Part shown: piece by piece, positions 54,420-64,000 of the stretch
How positions within the stretch are numbered: position 1 is the first letter of the stretch
Layout: each line of letters opens with the position of its first letter
Program-made: the position numbers and the translations under genes
NCBI RefSeq assembly: GCF_009914755.1
Contig: NC_060925.1
Direction: 5' to 3' (one strand)
Length of the DNA: 64,000 nucleotides
DNA from: the human T2T-CHM13v2.0 reference genome, Homo sapiens
Notes under the pieces: model-generated
What the model saw: the letters and a program-made list of their open reading frames with translations, nothing else
Databases searched by the model: none
Told to the model about the DNA's origin: nothing

Positions 54420-64000
<9,581 letters not shown>

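Overview
Primate, almost certainly human, genomic DNA from the ITLN2-F11R interval (1q23.3). It is not prokaryotic: I see no CRISPR array, operon or tRNA/rRNA gene. Two spliced protein-coding genes lie on the minus strand. ITLN2 (intelectin-2) has exons 1-7 at 7831->1019; its last exon lies left of the window. F11R (JAM-A) has exons 2-10 at 54419->51937 and a ~3.6 kb 3'UTR; its exon 1 lies right of the window. Exon boundaries were placed by hand on GT-AG sites and the frames are consistent across junctions. The rest is very Alu-rich and also holds solo ERV LTRs (two HERV-K/HML-2 LTR5, LTR2, LTR7C-like, LTR9-like and others), L1 fragments, MER DNA transposons, MIRs and simple repeats. Nearly all other ORFs in the supplied track are Alu- or LTR-derived noise. 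I cannot support a wholly new gene system. The best unexplained signals are: (1) a duplicated non-repeat unit upstream of ITLN2 with a near-invariant 32-bp GATA+TCF/LEF core; (2) two sense-oriented LTR5s bracketing ITLN2 exon 7, with the exon-7 frame open for 155 codons into one LTR that supplies a poly(A) signal; (3) an orphan CpG-rich promoter-like island split by an LTR2; (4) a spacer-less inverted Alu fusion; (5) a divergent CTCF-like pair between the genes; (6) alternative poly(A) sites that would gate inverted-Alu dsRNA in the F11R 3'UTR. Repeat subfamily names are recalled from consensus sequences and need RepeatMasker/Dfam confirmation.
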